Positions 12,595-22,967 of a stretch of 38,216 nt of DNA are shown here, piece after piece. The notes beneath the pieces were generated by a model. It had not been told where the DNA came from, did not search any database, and saw only the letters and a program-made list of their open reading frames with translations. Position 1 is the first letter of the stretch; each line of letters starts with the position of its first letter. This stretch comes from Octopus sinensis (lineage: Eukaryota): assembly GCF_006345805.1 (NCBI RefSeq), contig NW_021832071.1, positions 1 to 38,216 of the forward strand, read 5' to 3'. A program made the position numbers and the translations under genes.

Positions 12595-12845
12595 TTGGCA
12601 CTTTGGGAGTCTGGTGTCCCCAGCCACGATCTCATTGCGCGCCAGCATCTGGGACAATTTTGTTGTCTTCTATGGTTTAGCTCTATGGGGCAGCCCAGAG
12701 CCCGTACAAGGGGACTAAGGACTGGGGTTTCGCAGTCATGTGTACCCAGCTATGCTCCCATTACGCGGTAGCACCCGGGGCAATTATTTGTTCTGTATGT
12801 TACAGCCACGGGTCGACCCAAACCGTATTGAAGGACTAAGGGCTG
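12595..12845. repeat. Diverged tandem duplication, period 126 bp
   Basis: AATTGYCCCRGRTGC..CGCGYAATGRGA..CTGGGKACAC..GAC and CCTTAGTCC recur 126 nt apart on the minus strand. Confidence 0.7.
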
Positions 12846-13199
12846 AAACCTTGCCCATGTAAACTCGAGTGGAGTGAATGCCTTGACCGTGAGATGAACC
12901 AACATTTGAAAGTGGCCCCCACCATTAACTATTGTCATTTCAAAAACTGTAAAGGCAAGAGTCTGCCTTTCTGCGAGGTACAAGGGTCCGCAGCCCCTTT
13001 AAACACTCACACATAACAGAGTATAACAACAACGAAACAGCTGGGTCCACTTGGGGAATAAGTTTAAGGGTTCAAGTGTGTGTGTGTGTGTGTTTAGAAG
13101 AAATTAAATAATTACAATTCGTTTCCAATCAATAAATACTACGAACAACTGGATCGCATCAACAAAATCGAATACACACATACACGCATATAGCAGTGA

Positions 13200-13233
<34 letters not shown>

Positions 13234-13482
13234 CCGCGGCGCGTGTGTTTATACACACACACATATAAAGCATAATATAATATATATATATATATATATA
13301 TAGTCGCGAAGTTGTGTGTTTACAAATATTTTTGCTTCCAAAATAACGGAGAAAAACGGGAACTTTGCAATATATTTTACACAGAGAATGCATAAATGAA
13401 TTGAATTGGTTGGGGTCAGTTCTGCATCTTTACTCGGAATTCTTATGCTTAGAGACGAGGGAACCCTCAGCCGAGGTGGTCA

Positions 13483-13516
<34 letters not shown>

Positions 13517-13645
13517 TTCGGTCCTAAGAAGCATAGGTTTTCAAGTTAACAAGTTTGAAAACAATAACATCAACAAAACAACCTGAGAGAACAAGAAAAA
13601 TAGAGAAGACATACATACATAGAGAGAGATAAACGGATGGATATA

Positions 13646-13676
<31 letters not shown>

Positions 13677-14121
13677 CTATAGATATATATATATATATAT
13701 GTGTGTGTGTTGTGTGTGTGTGTGTATATTATGCATATATATGTGTGTGTGAGACCAGGCAGAGAAGATGATGATAGTGAAGGGGAGAGGGTAATTATTA
13801 TTGTTGACAAAGATAAGAATAATAGAAAGTTAAAAGTTTATATTTATGACGTATTTATGTTTATATATATATATGTACATACATACAAACACGCATACTT
13901 ATATATGTGTGTGGTGGATTAACTTTATATATATATATATACATACATATATACATACACACACACACAACAATATACATAAACAAACCACCCACACCCA
14001 CCCATATATAATATTATATATTAACACACACACATATATATATATCTCTTTCTCTCCATACAATGTATAATATACATACATATGCATATAAGATGTCGTA
14101 TTATGTATTATTGTGTCTTAC

Positions 14122-14200
14122 CCATGGTTACATTGATGCTGTTGTCTTGTTGTTGAAGTCGGCGGTCGGTACACACAAACAGAACCTCCTTTGTTAGCAT
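14122..14200 (-). CDS. Candidate first coding exon (MLTKEVLFVCTDRRLQQQDNSINVTM + 1 nt, or only the final ATG-G); product unknown
   Basis: Strong donor ACCATGG|GTAAGA (GT at 14121-14120); in-frame ATG at 14200 with an upstream in-frame stop; CpG-rich unique sequence with no upstream acceptor. Confidence 0.4.
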
Positions 14201-14559
14201 GCTGCTGCTGCCCCGTTCACTGCGCCGCTCGACTGCCCCCCTCGACTGCTGCTGCGATGCCGAGTCAGCCTCACTTTCGATCACTCACACTCACTCACTC
14301 ACTCACACGCGCTCACTCGTACACACACGCGCTCACTCACACACGCATTCAAGCACGCACTCACTCGTATATAAACTCACGCATACTTATATACACACAT
14401 ACACACACAGTGACATACGCACATACGCGTTCACGTACAAACCATGCAAACACACACTAACGTACATTTACCTACATACACAGGCGTGCAAACACACACA
14501 CACACACTGTACAGTCATTTTAAAGATTAGTTACTCCTGGCAGCTCGTCCCATTTTCTC

Positions 14560-15317
14560 CGCCTTCTCTCAAATCTCTTCATTACTTCTTTTACTTACAA
14601 CCGCCCTTTCTCTTCTCCGTCCCTATTCCACTTGGTCCTTTCTCTCTTCTCTTTTTCTCAACTTGCTCTTTTTCTTTCAGTATTTCTCGCTTTCTTTCTA
14701 CTTTTCTTCCTTTCTTCCTTTCATTCATTCTTTCTTTCTTCTTATTCTCCCCCCCCAGTCTATTTCTATCCCCTCTCATTTCTTGACCCTTTCATTCTTT
14801 CTATCTTTTTTCTCTTACCCTAACCCCCTTCCTCCCTCTCTCTCATTTACTCAACCTTTCTCTTTTTCTAGACTTACCTCTTCTTCTTCCTTTCACATTC
14901 TCTCTCTTTCTCTCCGTTTTCCCCCTCTCCACTTTCCTTGTTTTTCTCTTCCCAGCTTTTCCACTATTTCTCTTTCCCTCGCTACTCCCCCCCTCTCTTT
15001 TTGTTTCCTTCCTTTCTCTTTCACTTCTTTTCCCAGTTTTTCTCTCTAGTCTTTCCATTCTTTCTTTTCGTTGTCTCTCTTACCCTCGCTCTTTCTCTCT
15101 CTTCCTCTTTCTTTCTTATCAATTCCTCTCTCTATCTCCCTCCCTCTCTCTCTCTTCCCTCTTTTGCTTTCTCTCCTCCCCCCTTTTCTTTCTTTCCCGC
15201 TCTTTTTTCCCTCTATCAATTTTCCTTCATAATTTCTTGATAATTCTTTATATTTCTCTTCCATTTCATTCTTTTAACTCCTTTTCTCTTCGACTTAACG
15301 CTATCCTACCTCATCCC

Positions 15318-15340
<23 letters not shown>
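14560..15340. repeat. Long polypyrimidine (CT-rich) low-complexity tract
   Basis: Direct reading; source of the spurious F/S/L-rich ORFs. Confidence 0.9.
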
Positions 15341-15348
<8 letters not shown>

Positions 15349-15375
15349 GTTTTTCTGTTAACCTATTCATATATT

Positions 15376-15417
<42 letters not shown>

Positions 15418-15427
15418 ATATATATAT

Positions 15428-15581
15428 AGGCAAGGCGTGGCTATGTGGTAAGTAGCTTGCTTCCCAAACTGTATGCCTCCGGGTTCAGTCCCCATTGCAT
15501 GGCACCTTGGGCAAGTATCTTCTACTATAGCCTCGGGCTCACCAAAGCATTTAGTAGAAGAAAAGAAGAAAGAACTCTGCC

Positions 15582-15650
<69 letters not shown>

Positions 15651-16110
15651 GAACATGATGGAGTAACTGGAGCAGGAACACACAGAATCGAAAAACGTCG
15701 CTGAAGAGGTCACAGATGTGTAACGAAAGATGTCCAGACAATGGACAGGCGTTAAAGTAATAAAATAACGGTAATAAAGGAGTGAAGAAAAGGAAAATAG
15801 TGCGTGTGTTTGACAAAAAGAAAATAAATAAATAATAAATAAAATGACCATCCCGAAATACAACAAAATAGATTTTATTGTTAGATAATAAAACGAATGG
15901 TTTACACCTGGTGACTTATGAATGTACCAACCCACACTCACATACGTCCGTTGTATTTATTCCCCAATCAATCACGTAACAACTGGTGTTGGTTTGTTTA
16001 CGTCCCTCGAATATGTGCCAGGCTTAAAAAGTAAGTACTGTTCGACTTGAGCCCTTCTGATTGGTGCCCCAGCATGGCCGCCGTCCAATAACTCAAACCA
16101 GTGAAAGATA
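15428..16110 (+). mobile_element. SINE family A copy (head 15428-15585, tail about 15930-16110) interrupted by (TA)n and a hammerhead-bearing fragment
   Basis: Near-consensus head GGCGTGGCTATGTGGTAAG..GGGTTCAGTCCCATTGC; tail GGTGCCCCAGCATGGCCG. Confidence 0.8.
15697..15739 (+). ncRNA. Minimal type-I hammerhead ribozyme-like motif
   Basis: CTGAAGA 15701-15707; helix II GTCACA/TGTAAC (5 of 6 pairs); GAAA 15725-15728; AGATGT near-palindrome; GTC triplet 15732-15734; helix I GTCG/CAGAC; AATAAA downstream. Confidence 0.55.
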
Positions 16111-16199
16111 AAAGACGAGTATAGCTTCTTCTCTTTCGATTTCCTTTTGTATATTTTCCGTTAAGTTTCCTCAGCTGCGACACTGGCGCCTCTGAACAA

Positions 16200-16622
16200 G
16201 TGTGAGAGAGAGAGGGAGAGAGAGACAAAGCAATGAGGACGGGGAGAGGGAGAGAGAGAGAGAGAGGGGAGAGAAGGAGAGAGAAAGAGAAGACGAGTGG
16301 GAAAACAAAAGAAACAGTCAGTTGGAGTGGGGAAGGAGAGAGAAAAGGAGGGCAAAAATAGAGTGAGGAGGTCAGAAGAGAGGGAGAGAGAGAAGGGGGG
16401 AAAGTGAAGAGAGCGAAAGATAGAGAAAGTGGTAGGGAGGAAAGTAAAGACAAGAGAGAGAGGGTAAAAAGGAAGAGAGAGACGGTGGAAAATGAGGGGG
16501 AAAAGAAGGAAAGAGAGAAAGTAAAGACAAAGGAGGGAGAAAGAAATAATAAAGATGAGAGGAAAAAAATAAAAAGAGAAGGAAAGAGAGAAAGTGAAAG
16601 CAAAAGAGAGAGAGAGAGAGAG
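16200..16622. repeat. Long polypurine (GA-rich) low-complexity tract
   Basis: Direct reading. Confidence 0.9.
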
Positions 16623-17040
16623 AGAATGCGCGCGCGAATGTATGACTGTTGCCTTTATTCGTCCTTCTTTCTTTCATTCCTTTTTATTTTTCCCTCTTTA
16701 ATATCAAATGATTTCCCAGTCTTTCTATTTCCTCACTTAATTCTCCCATCTTTCTGCTTCCTTTATTCAATTTCTATTTTTCTCTTTCATTTTAATCTCG
16801 CCATTTTACAAAAAATTTCAGTTTTTTTGTTATTTTTATTTGTCCTATTTTTACGTCGCTTAAAAAACAGAAATCGATCGTTTCACGAAAAAACTGGGAT
16901 TTTAGTTCTATTTGGTTCTGGCTCTGGGCAGAGCGTCAAATGTCCTGCTTTCGATCTCGTCTCATTGGCGAAATATTTTCTTTTACGAACTTTTATTCCC
17001 AAAAAGATTTCGAAAGTTTTACACTGGAAGGCAACGGTAG

Positions 17041-17079
<39 letters not shown>

Positions 17080-17104
17080 CACACACAGGTGTGATCAAGA
17101 AATT

Positions 17105-17988
17105 TGTTTTGCAGTAACACAATTTCGGGTTCAGTGCCATTGCGTGGCACCTTCGATAAGAGTCTTCTGCTATAATCCAGGGTTTGTTAGGGAATTTGGT
17201 GAGGAAGCCCGTCGTATATATGTAGGGGACTGTGTGTGTGTGTGTGTATGTGTGTGCATACATACATACATACATACATACATACATACATACTACATAT
17301 ACACACACATTCATACATACATACACACATACATACACACATACATACATACATACATGCATACACACATACATACATACATACGTACATACACACATAC
17401 ATATATACACACATACATATATACACACATACATGCATACACACATACATACATACATACGTACATACATACACACATACATACATACACACATACATAC
17501 ATACACACATACATACATACACACATACATACACACATACATACATACATACACATACATACACACATACATACATACACACATACATACATACATACAT
17601 ACACGCATACATACATACATACATACACACATACATACATACATACATACATACACACACTACATACATACACACATACATACATACATACACACATACA
17701 TACACACATACATACATACACACATACATACACACATACATACACACATACATACACACATACATAAACACATACATACATACACACATACATACATACA
17801 TACATACATACACACACACATACATACATACATACACACATACATACATACATACATACATACACACACATACACATACATACACACATACATACATACA
17901 CACATACATACATACACACATACACACATACATACATACATACATACATACATACATACACACACACCATACATACACACATACATAC

Positions 17989-18019
<31 letters not shown>

Positions 18020-18178
18020 TACATACACACATACATACATACACACACACATACATACACACACACATACATACACATACATACATACATACACACATAC
18101 ATACACATACATACATACATACACACATACATACATACACACACACATACATACATACACACACATACATACATACAC

Positions 18179-18209
<31 letters not shown>

Positions 18210-18835
18210 TACATACATACATACACACACATACACACATACATACATACATACACACATACATACATACATACATACACACATACATACACACATACAT
18301 ACATACATACATACACACATACACACATACACACACACATACATACATACATACATACATACATAACATACATACATACATACACATACATACATACATA
18401 ACATACATACATACATACACACATACATACACACATACATACATACACACATACATACATACATACACACATACACACATACACACATACACACACACAT
18501 ACATACACACATACATATACACACTCATACATACATACATATAAATATACGTACACGTGCGTGTGTGTGTGTGTGTTTGTGTGTATGTCCGTGTGTGAAT
18601 ATAATTGCGTGCCTTTGTGTTCACGTTTTTTTCCCATCACCACTTGATAACCAGTGTTAGTTTGTTTACGTCCATGTAGCATTAGCAGCTCGACAAAGAG
18701 AGTCCGCTAGAATAAGTATCAGGCATAAAAAAAAATAAATAAATCCCGGAACCGATTTATTGGAGCAAGCCGTTGAAGGCGGTGCTCCAGTATGGCCGCA
18801 GTCCAATGAGTAAAACACGAAAAAAGAATAAGAGA
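17105..18835 (+). mobile_element. SINE family A copy expanded by an internal satellite of about 1.3 kb
   Basis: Head 17105-17225 (GGGTTCAGTGCCATTGCGTGGCACC..GAAGCCCGTCGTATAT); tail 18600-18835 (GGTGCTCCAGTATGGCCGCAGTCCAATG). Confidence 0.75.
17230..18590. repeat. Mosaic (TACA)/(CA) satellite
   Basis: Direct reading; source of all YIHT/MYVC ORFs. Confidence 0.97.
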
Positions 18836-18868
18836 AGGCCAACTTTAACAAACACAACATTGCCTTAC

Positions 18869-18982
18869 TCCGTCGCCACCCGAGATACCCGGCAAATAAC
18901 CGTCGTCGACAGACTTGTTATTACAATAGAGAGAGACTTCCGTTGGGATGAAGTAGGCGTGGCCTCCGACAGCAGCTCTTAC
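18869..18982 (-). CDS. Possible exon (VRAAVGGHAYFIPTEVSLYCNNKSVDDGYLPGISGGDG in phase 0, or xKSCCRRPRLLHPNGSLSLL* in phase 1)
   Basis: TGATTGCAG| and |GTAAGG flank 114 nt of unique sequence; the frame is ambiguous and the 5' CAG|GTAAG could instead be a donor. Confidence 0.2.
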
Positions 18983-19159
18983 CTGCAATCAATGAGTCCG
19001 TGGCAAGCAGAATAATCAATCTCTCTTTTTCTCTCCATCTCTCGCTCTATCTTTCTCTCATTTTCTCTCTCTCTCTCTCTCTCTCCATCTCTCGCTCTAT
19101 CTTTCTCTCATTTTCTCTCTCTCTCTCTCTCCATCTCTCGCTCTATCTTTCTCTCATTT

Positions 19160-19222
<63 letters not shown>

Positions 19223-19253
19223 ACATATGTATGTTTGTATATACTTGTATCTA

Positions 19254-19328
<75 letters not shown>

Positions 19329-19711
19329 ATACATATGTATGTTTGTATATACTTGTATCTATCTATCTCTCTCTCTCTCTCTCTATCTCTCTCTTTCTGT
19401 CTGTCTGTCTGTGTCTGCTTATTCAAGAATGACCAACGGTTAAACAGCAACAACAACAACAACAACAACAACGACACATGAAATGTTCCTCACCATTTAC
19501 CATCGAGACCCAATTTTAACGAATCAATCATTCAGTGACCCATCATTTGAAAAAAAATATATTTTAAAAATATTAAAAGATATTTAAATAAGAAAAAAAA
19601 ATTTGATAAAAACAATATAATATAAAATCCAAGTGGCCGAAAAGGGTCTCCTTCTAAAGATCTCTTGGGTTACTCGAAAGGGTTTGCAGCTTTGAGATCA
19701 GGGAGTCTCAC

Positions 19712-19759
19712 CAGGTGGAGCTGCTTCTTCTCCGCACTGAGGGGCCATAGCTTCTAGTT
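19712..19759 (-). CDS. Candidate 48-nt exon (xLEAMAPQCGEEAAPP or TRSYGPSVRRRSSST)
   Basis: Strong acceptor TTCTATTTGCATTTTCCATAG| and donor |GTGAGA; length is a multiple of 3. Confidence 0.35.
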
Positions 19760-19984
19760 CTATGGAAAATGCAAATAGAATGTTGCAAGAAAGACGAGCA
19801 AGAGAGAATCCTTAAGCCGGGCCAACTGGCAGGAGACCCCAGAGGCGGGGGGATCAAAATCGCGAGGGTTCGATAAGATCCTTAATCGCTGTTGGTCACG
19901 TTTAGGAATCCAGTTGGAGAATGTAACGACGGTTGCTTCTGATGGGACTGTATGGAGGAGATGGCTGGGGATTCTACCCACACT

Positions 19985-20154
19985 CACTAGTGTAGCTAGG
20001 GAGTGGGACGGTAGGGGGTGGTCCGCCCCGGGAGGCACTTTTAAGGGGGTGGAATTTTGGGGGTCTGTTGTAGGCAATATGTGTTTTTTGTGGGGTCCGG
20101 GGGCAGCAAACAGATGGGCTGCCCCGGGCGGCATACACTCTAGCTACGCTACTG
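19985..20154. mobile_element. hAT-like MITE (170 bp)
   Basis: 15-bp TIRs CACTAGTGTAGCTAG / CAGTAGCGTAGCTAG (13/15); internal GCCCCGGG twice; flanks CCCACACT / CCCCTACG are only a partial TSD. Confidence 0.55.
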
Positions 20155-20289
20155 CCCCTACGACCTTCCCAGAGTAGATGGATGGATGGGTGTGTTGCAC
20201 GTAAGCTTCCTCTCTCTCTTTATCAAATCGACGCTGCCTGAACAGGTTCATGGCGTACCCGACATCAGATGTCGAAATGATGGCAGATC

Positions 20290-20400
20290 AACGTGATTCG
20301 AAGTGTTTTGCGCAGGAACACAACGTACTGCCTGGTCTGGGAATCGAACCCATCATCTCGCCATCACGAATGCAACACCATTACTACTAGGCCACGCTCC
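20290..20400 (-). mobile_element. SINE family B head
   Basis: GAAGTGTTTTGCGCAGGAACAC..GGGAATCGAACC..CTAGGCCACGC. Confidence 0.7.
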
Positions 20401-20439
20401 CTTCATAGTCTAGTATAAAACAATCCTTTTTTTTTTTTT

Positions 20440-20665
20440 TTTGCTATAAGTACAGGGCCTGAAGGGTTTCAAATTTTGACACAAGGCCATCAATTTTGGG
20501 GGAGGGATGAGTCGATCACATCGACCCCAGTGCTCAACTGGTACTTACATTATCGATCTCGAAAGGATGAACTGCAAAGTGGACCTCGATGGCATTTGAA
20601 CTCAGAACGAACACAACCGCTAGAAATGCAGCTCAGCAGTAACGATTCTGCCAACCCGCCTCACT
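20440..20665 (-). mobile_element. SINE family E
   Basis: ATCGACCCCAGTGCTCAACTGGTAC..AAAGGATGAA..GGCATTTGAACTCAGAACG. Confidence 0.8.
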
Positions 20666-21089
20666 TCATGTAGGATAAACTAATTCTTTCTTTATTGGCC
20701 TCAAGGGCTCAATATAATATAGAATAATAATTAACATTTGGCTAATTAATCATCAGTCTTTTTGTTGTTGTTGTTGTTTTTGTTTGCAATCAACGTTGTA
20801 TTGTTGTCCAAATCTTTTATATTATTTTAGAGTATTTTATTTTATAGTTTTTAACTGTTCCGTTCCGTAAAATACTTCGGTTATGTCGGGTGGTGGCCGC
20901 CTTTCTCTTGTGTCTCTGTCTTTTATCTTTCCCGTTTTCGGGGCACTGGACTGTAGCCATGCTGGAGCACTGCCTTGAAGGGTTTTAATCGTAGAAATCG
21001 ACCCCAGGACTTATCCATGGGTCTGTTTTGTCATCGAGTTCTTATTGAATTAATTCTTCCGACGTTTACCAAGCATAACAAAATCGCCA

Positions 21090-21240
21090 ACAGCCAGCTT
21101 GGCAGAGTCGGTAGAGCATCTGAAAAGTAACAAATGCCTTGCAGTATTTCTTCCAGCACTCTCTGAGTTCAATTCCCATTCGGGTCACCTTGCCCGTTCA
21201 TCCTTTCGAGATCAATAAAATCAAATACCAGTTGGAGACA
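21090..21240 (+). mobile_element. Diverged SINE family E head
   Basis: GCTTGGCAGAGTCGGTAG..CTGAGTTCAATTCC..TTCATCCTTTCG. Confidence 0.6.
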
Positions 21241-21485
21241 ATGGATTGACATAATTCTAAGAGTCCTTTCCTTCTGGGTCCGAATGCTAACCTTAATCCG
21301 TCACCCGGTTCCTAACTGGCCCTAAACCGGCTCTCAGTTCTCTTAAGAAAACCCACTGGTTATTTTCTCAGGGTTGTGAACAGCAAACCTCATTGTTGGC
21401 AATCGAAAGATCTACGCTCGAAATAATGTCGAGAAACGACTGGACTTAAATCCCGATAATCGGTGTGCACAACTGAGGCAGTGCA

Positions 21486-21712
21486 GGCGCGTGGCTCAGT
21501 GGTTCGGGTGTTGGACTCATGATCATAAGGTTGTGGTTTCGATTCCTTGACTGGGTGATGCGTTGTGTTCTTGAGCAAAAACACTTCACGTTGCTTCGGT
21601 GCCCTCCACTGGCAAAAATGAGTAATCCTGCGACGGACCGGCGTCCCGTCCAGGTGGGGGAATATGTACACCATGGAAACTGGAAAACCGGCCCCTTCGA
21701 GAAGGATATTTA
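21486..21712 (+). mobile_element. SINE family B, near full length
   Basis: A box TGGCTCAGTGG, B-box-like GGTTTCGATTCC, body GAGCAAAAACACTTCACGTTGCT. Confidence 0.8.
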
Positions 21713-22023
21713 TCCCTTATTCGTTTGTAGCAGTATTAAATTAAAATAGGCATCTATGTACCATACTTAATTTATACACAGTGTCAATAGGCCAGCTACT
21801 GTATTATCTGTCGCGAGACAACATCTTTTATGGACTTGTTTTATTAAAAAAACTCAATAAATATCAGAAAGAGACGAACATTCTCCAAAGTTGCACCCAG
21901 GTACTCACAACTGAAATGGCACAAAATGGCAGAAATGCCTCTAGGGGTCTATTTTTAGTCACCAGACAGAAGTAAACAAACTAATTTAAATTATATTCCC
22001 GTCAATAGTTAAACAAAGTACTC

Positions 22024-22067
22024 AGTTGCTGATGATATACCAAAGCAGGACTGAAACTAGTCCGGTT
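22024..22067 (+). ncRNA. Minimal type-I hammerhead ribozyme-like motif
   Basis: CTGATGA 22029-22035; helix II ATACC/GGACT (3 of 5 pairs); GAAA 22053-22056; perfect palindrome ACTAGT 22056-22061; C17 at 22062 (GTC); helix I AGTTG/CGGTT. Confidence 0.55.
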
Positions 22068-22500
22068 AGTTTTTACGTAGGAACTAAGTGTTTATGTATG
22101 TCTACACGTCAAGTGTGGCCGATGAATCCCTGGATATATTCTCTAGGAAACAAGTTAAAGCTATTGTAACACCGTTACGACATTGAACAGTTTTTTTTTA
22201 AAGCCGCTTTCTGGCTCTGACTGGTCTTTGTTTGTCCTCCTCCTCCGTCCCCTCCTCCTGCCTTTACTTACCCTTCACCTCCCACCCGTCCCCATTTCAA
22301 GCATCACCTGGCATTGACTCTTGCCTTTCCTTCAGCAATTCTTACCTCCTCCTCCTCCTCCTCGTCAACCTTCTCTCACATTACTTCTCTCTCTCCCTTT
22401 GCCTTCTCTTCCCTTTACTCCTTTATGTATCCCACATATCGACAACCACATTTCCACATCTGTCCGTCTCTCTCTCTCTCTCTCTCTTTCTCCCACTCAC

Positions 22501-22593
22501 TCATTCTGCCTCTTCCCCTCTTTCTTCCTCCTCTCTCTCCCCCTCTCTCCGATGAAAAGCCACGCCGCCGCATCTTACACTTCCAACTTAATC
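22501..22593 (-). CDS. Possible 93-nt exon (xLSWKCKMRRRGFSSERGGERGGRKRGRGRM)
   Basis: Acceptor TTAACTTGTTTCAG| and donor |GTGAGT; phase-compatible with 19712-19759, but half is GA low-complexity. Confidence 0.2.
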
Positions 22594-22967
22594 CTGAAAC
22601 AAGTTAATGACAGAAGCCTCTACGCAGACGTTAGAAATAGCAGCCAAGTTTCTCCCCAAAACACGCGTTATACGTAATCATAGAAGACAAATTTTTTTAA
22701 GGGGGACACAGATGATGCGGTCCTAAAGCAAGGCTGACCTGGGGCCAATAGCAACAACAGCAACGATGACGATGAAGAAAGCAGTAACAACAACAACAAC
22801 TCTTTTATGCAACGAAACGGCTGGGGGGGGGTACCGCTATGCAGTTTTTTGAGCTGCTAAGAATAGGAGCGAATCTCCCCTCAAATCACACTTTCATAGA
22901 ATCTAGTAGATCCATCTGTTGGATCAGGTTTGAAAACTCTTGCGTGCATCGAACCAGTGGAGGAAGA

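Noticed and set aside
13430-13582. Strong minus-strand acceptor at 13583
   Set aside because: All three frames hit stops within about 60 nt and the segment includes (TA)n; at most a non-coding exon.
14199-16677. F/S/L-rich and E/R/K-rich ORFs resembling membrane or coiled-coil proteins
   Set aside because: They derive from CT/GA low-complexity tracts.
16883-18682. Long ORFs of 257-445 aa (MYVC/YIHT repeats)
   Set aside because: They are translations of the TACA/CA satellite, which is open in several frames on both strands; not genes.
21275-21330. CTAACC/CCTAA motifs resembling interstitial telomeric repeats
   Set aside because: Only three scattered, imperfect units; not an array.
21486-21560. 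tRNA-like A/B boxes here and in other SINE heads
   Set aside because: No complete cloverleaf; they continue into multi-copy SINE bodies, so they are SINE heads and not tRNA genes.
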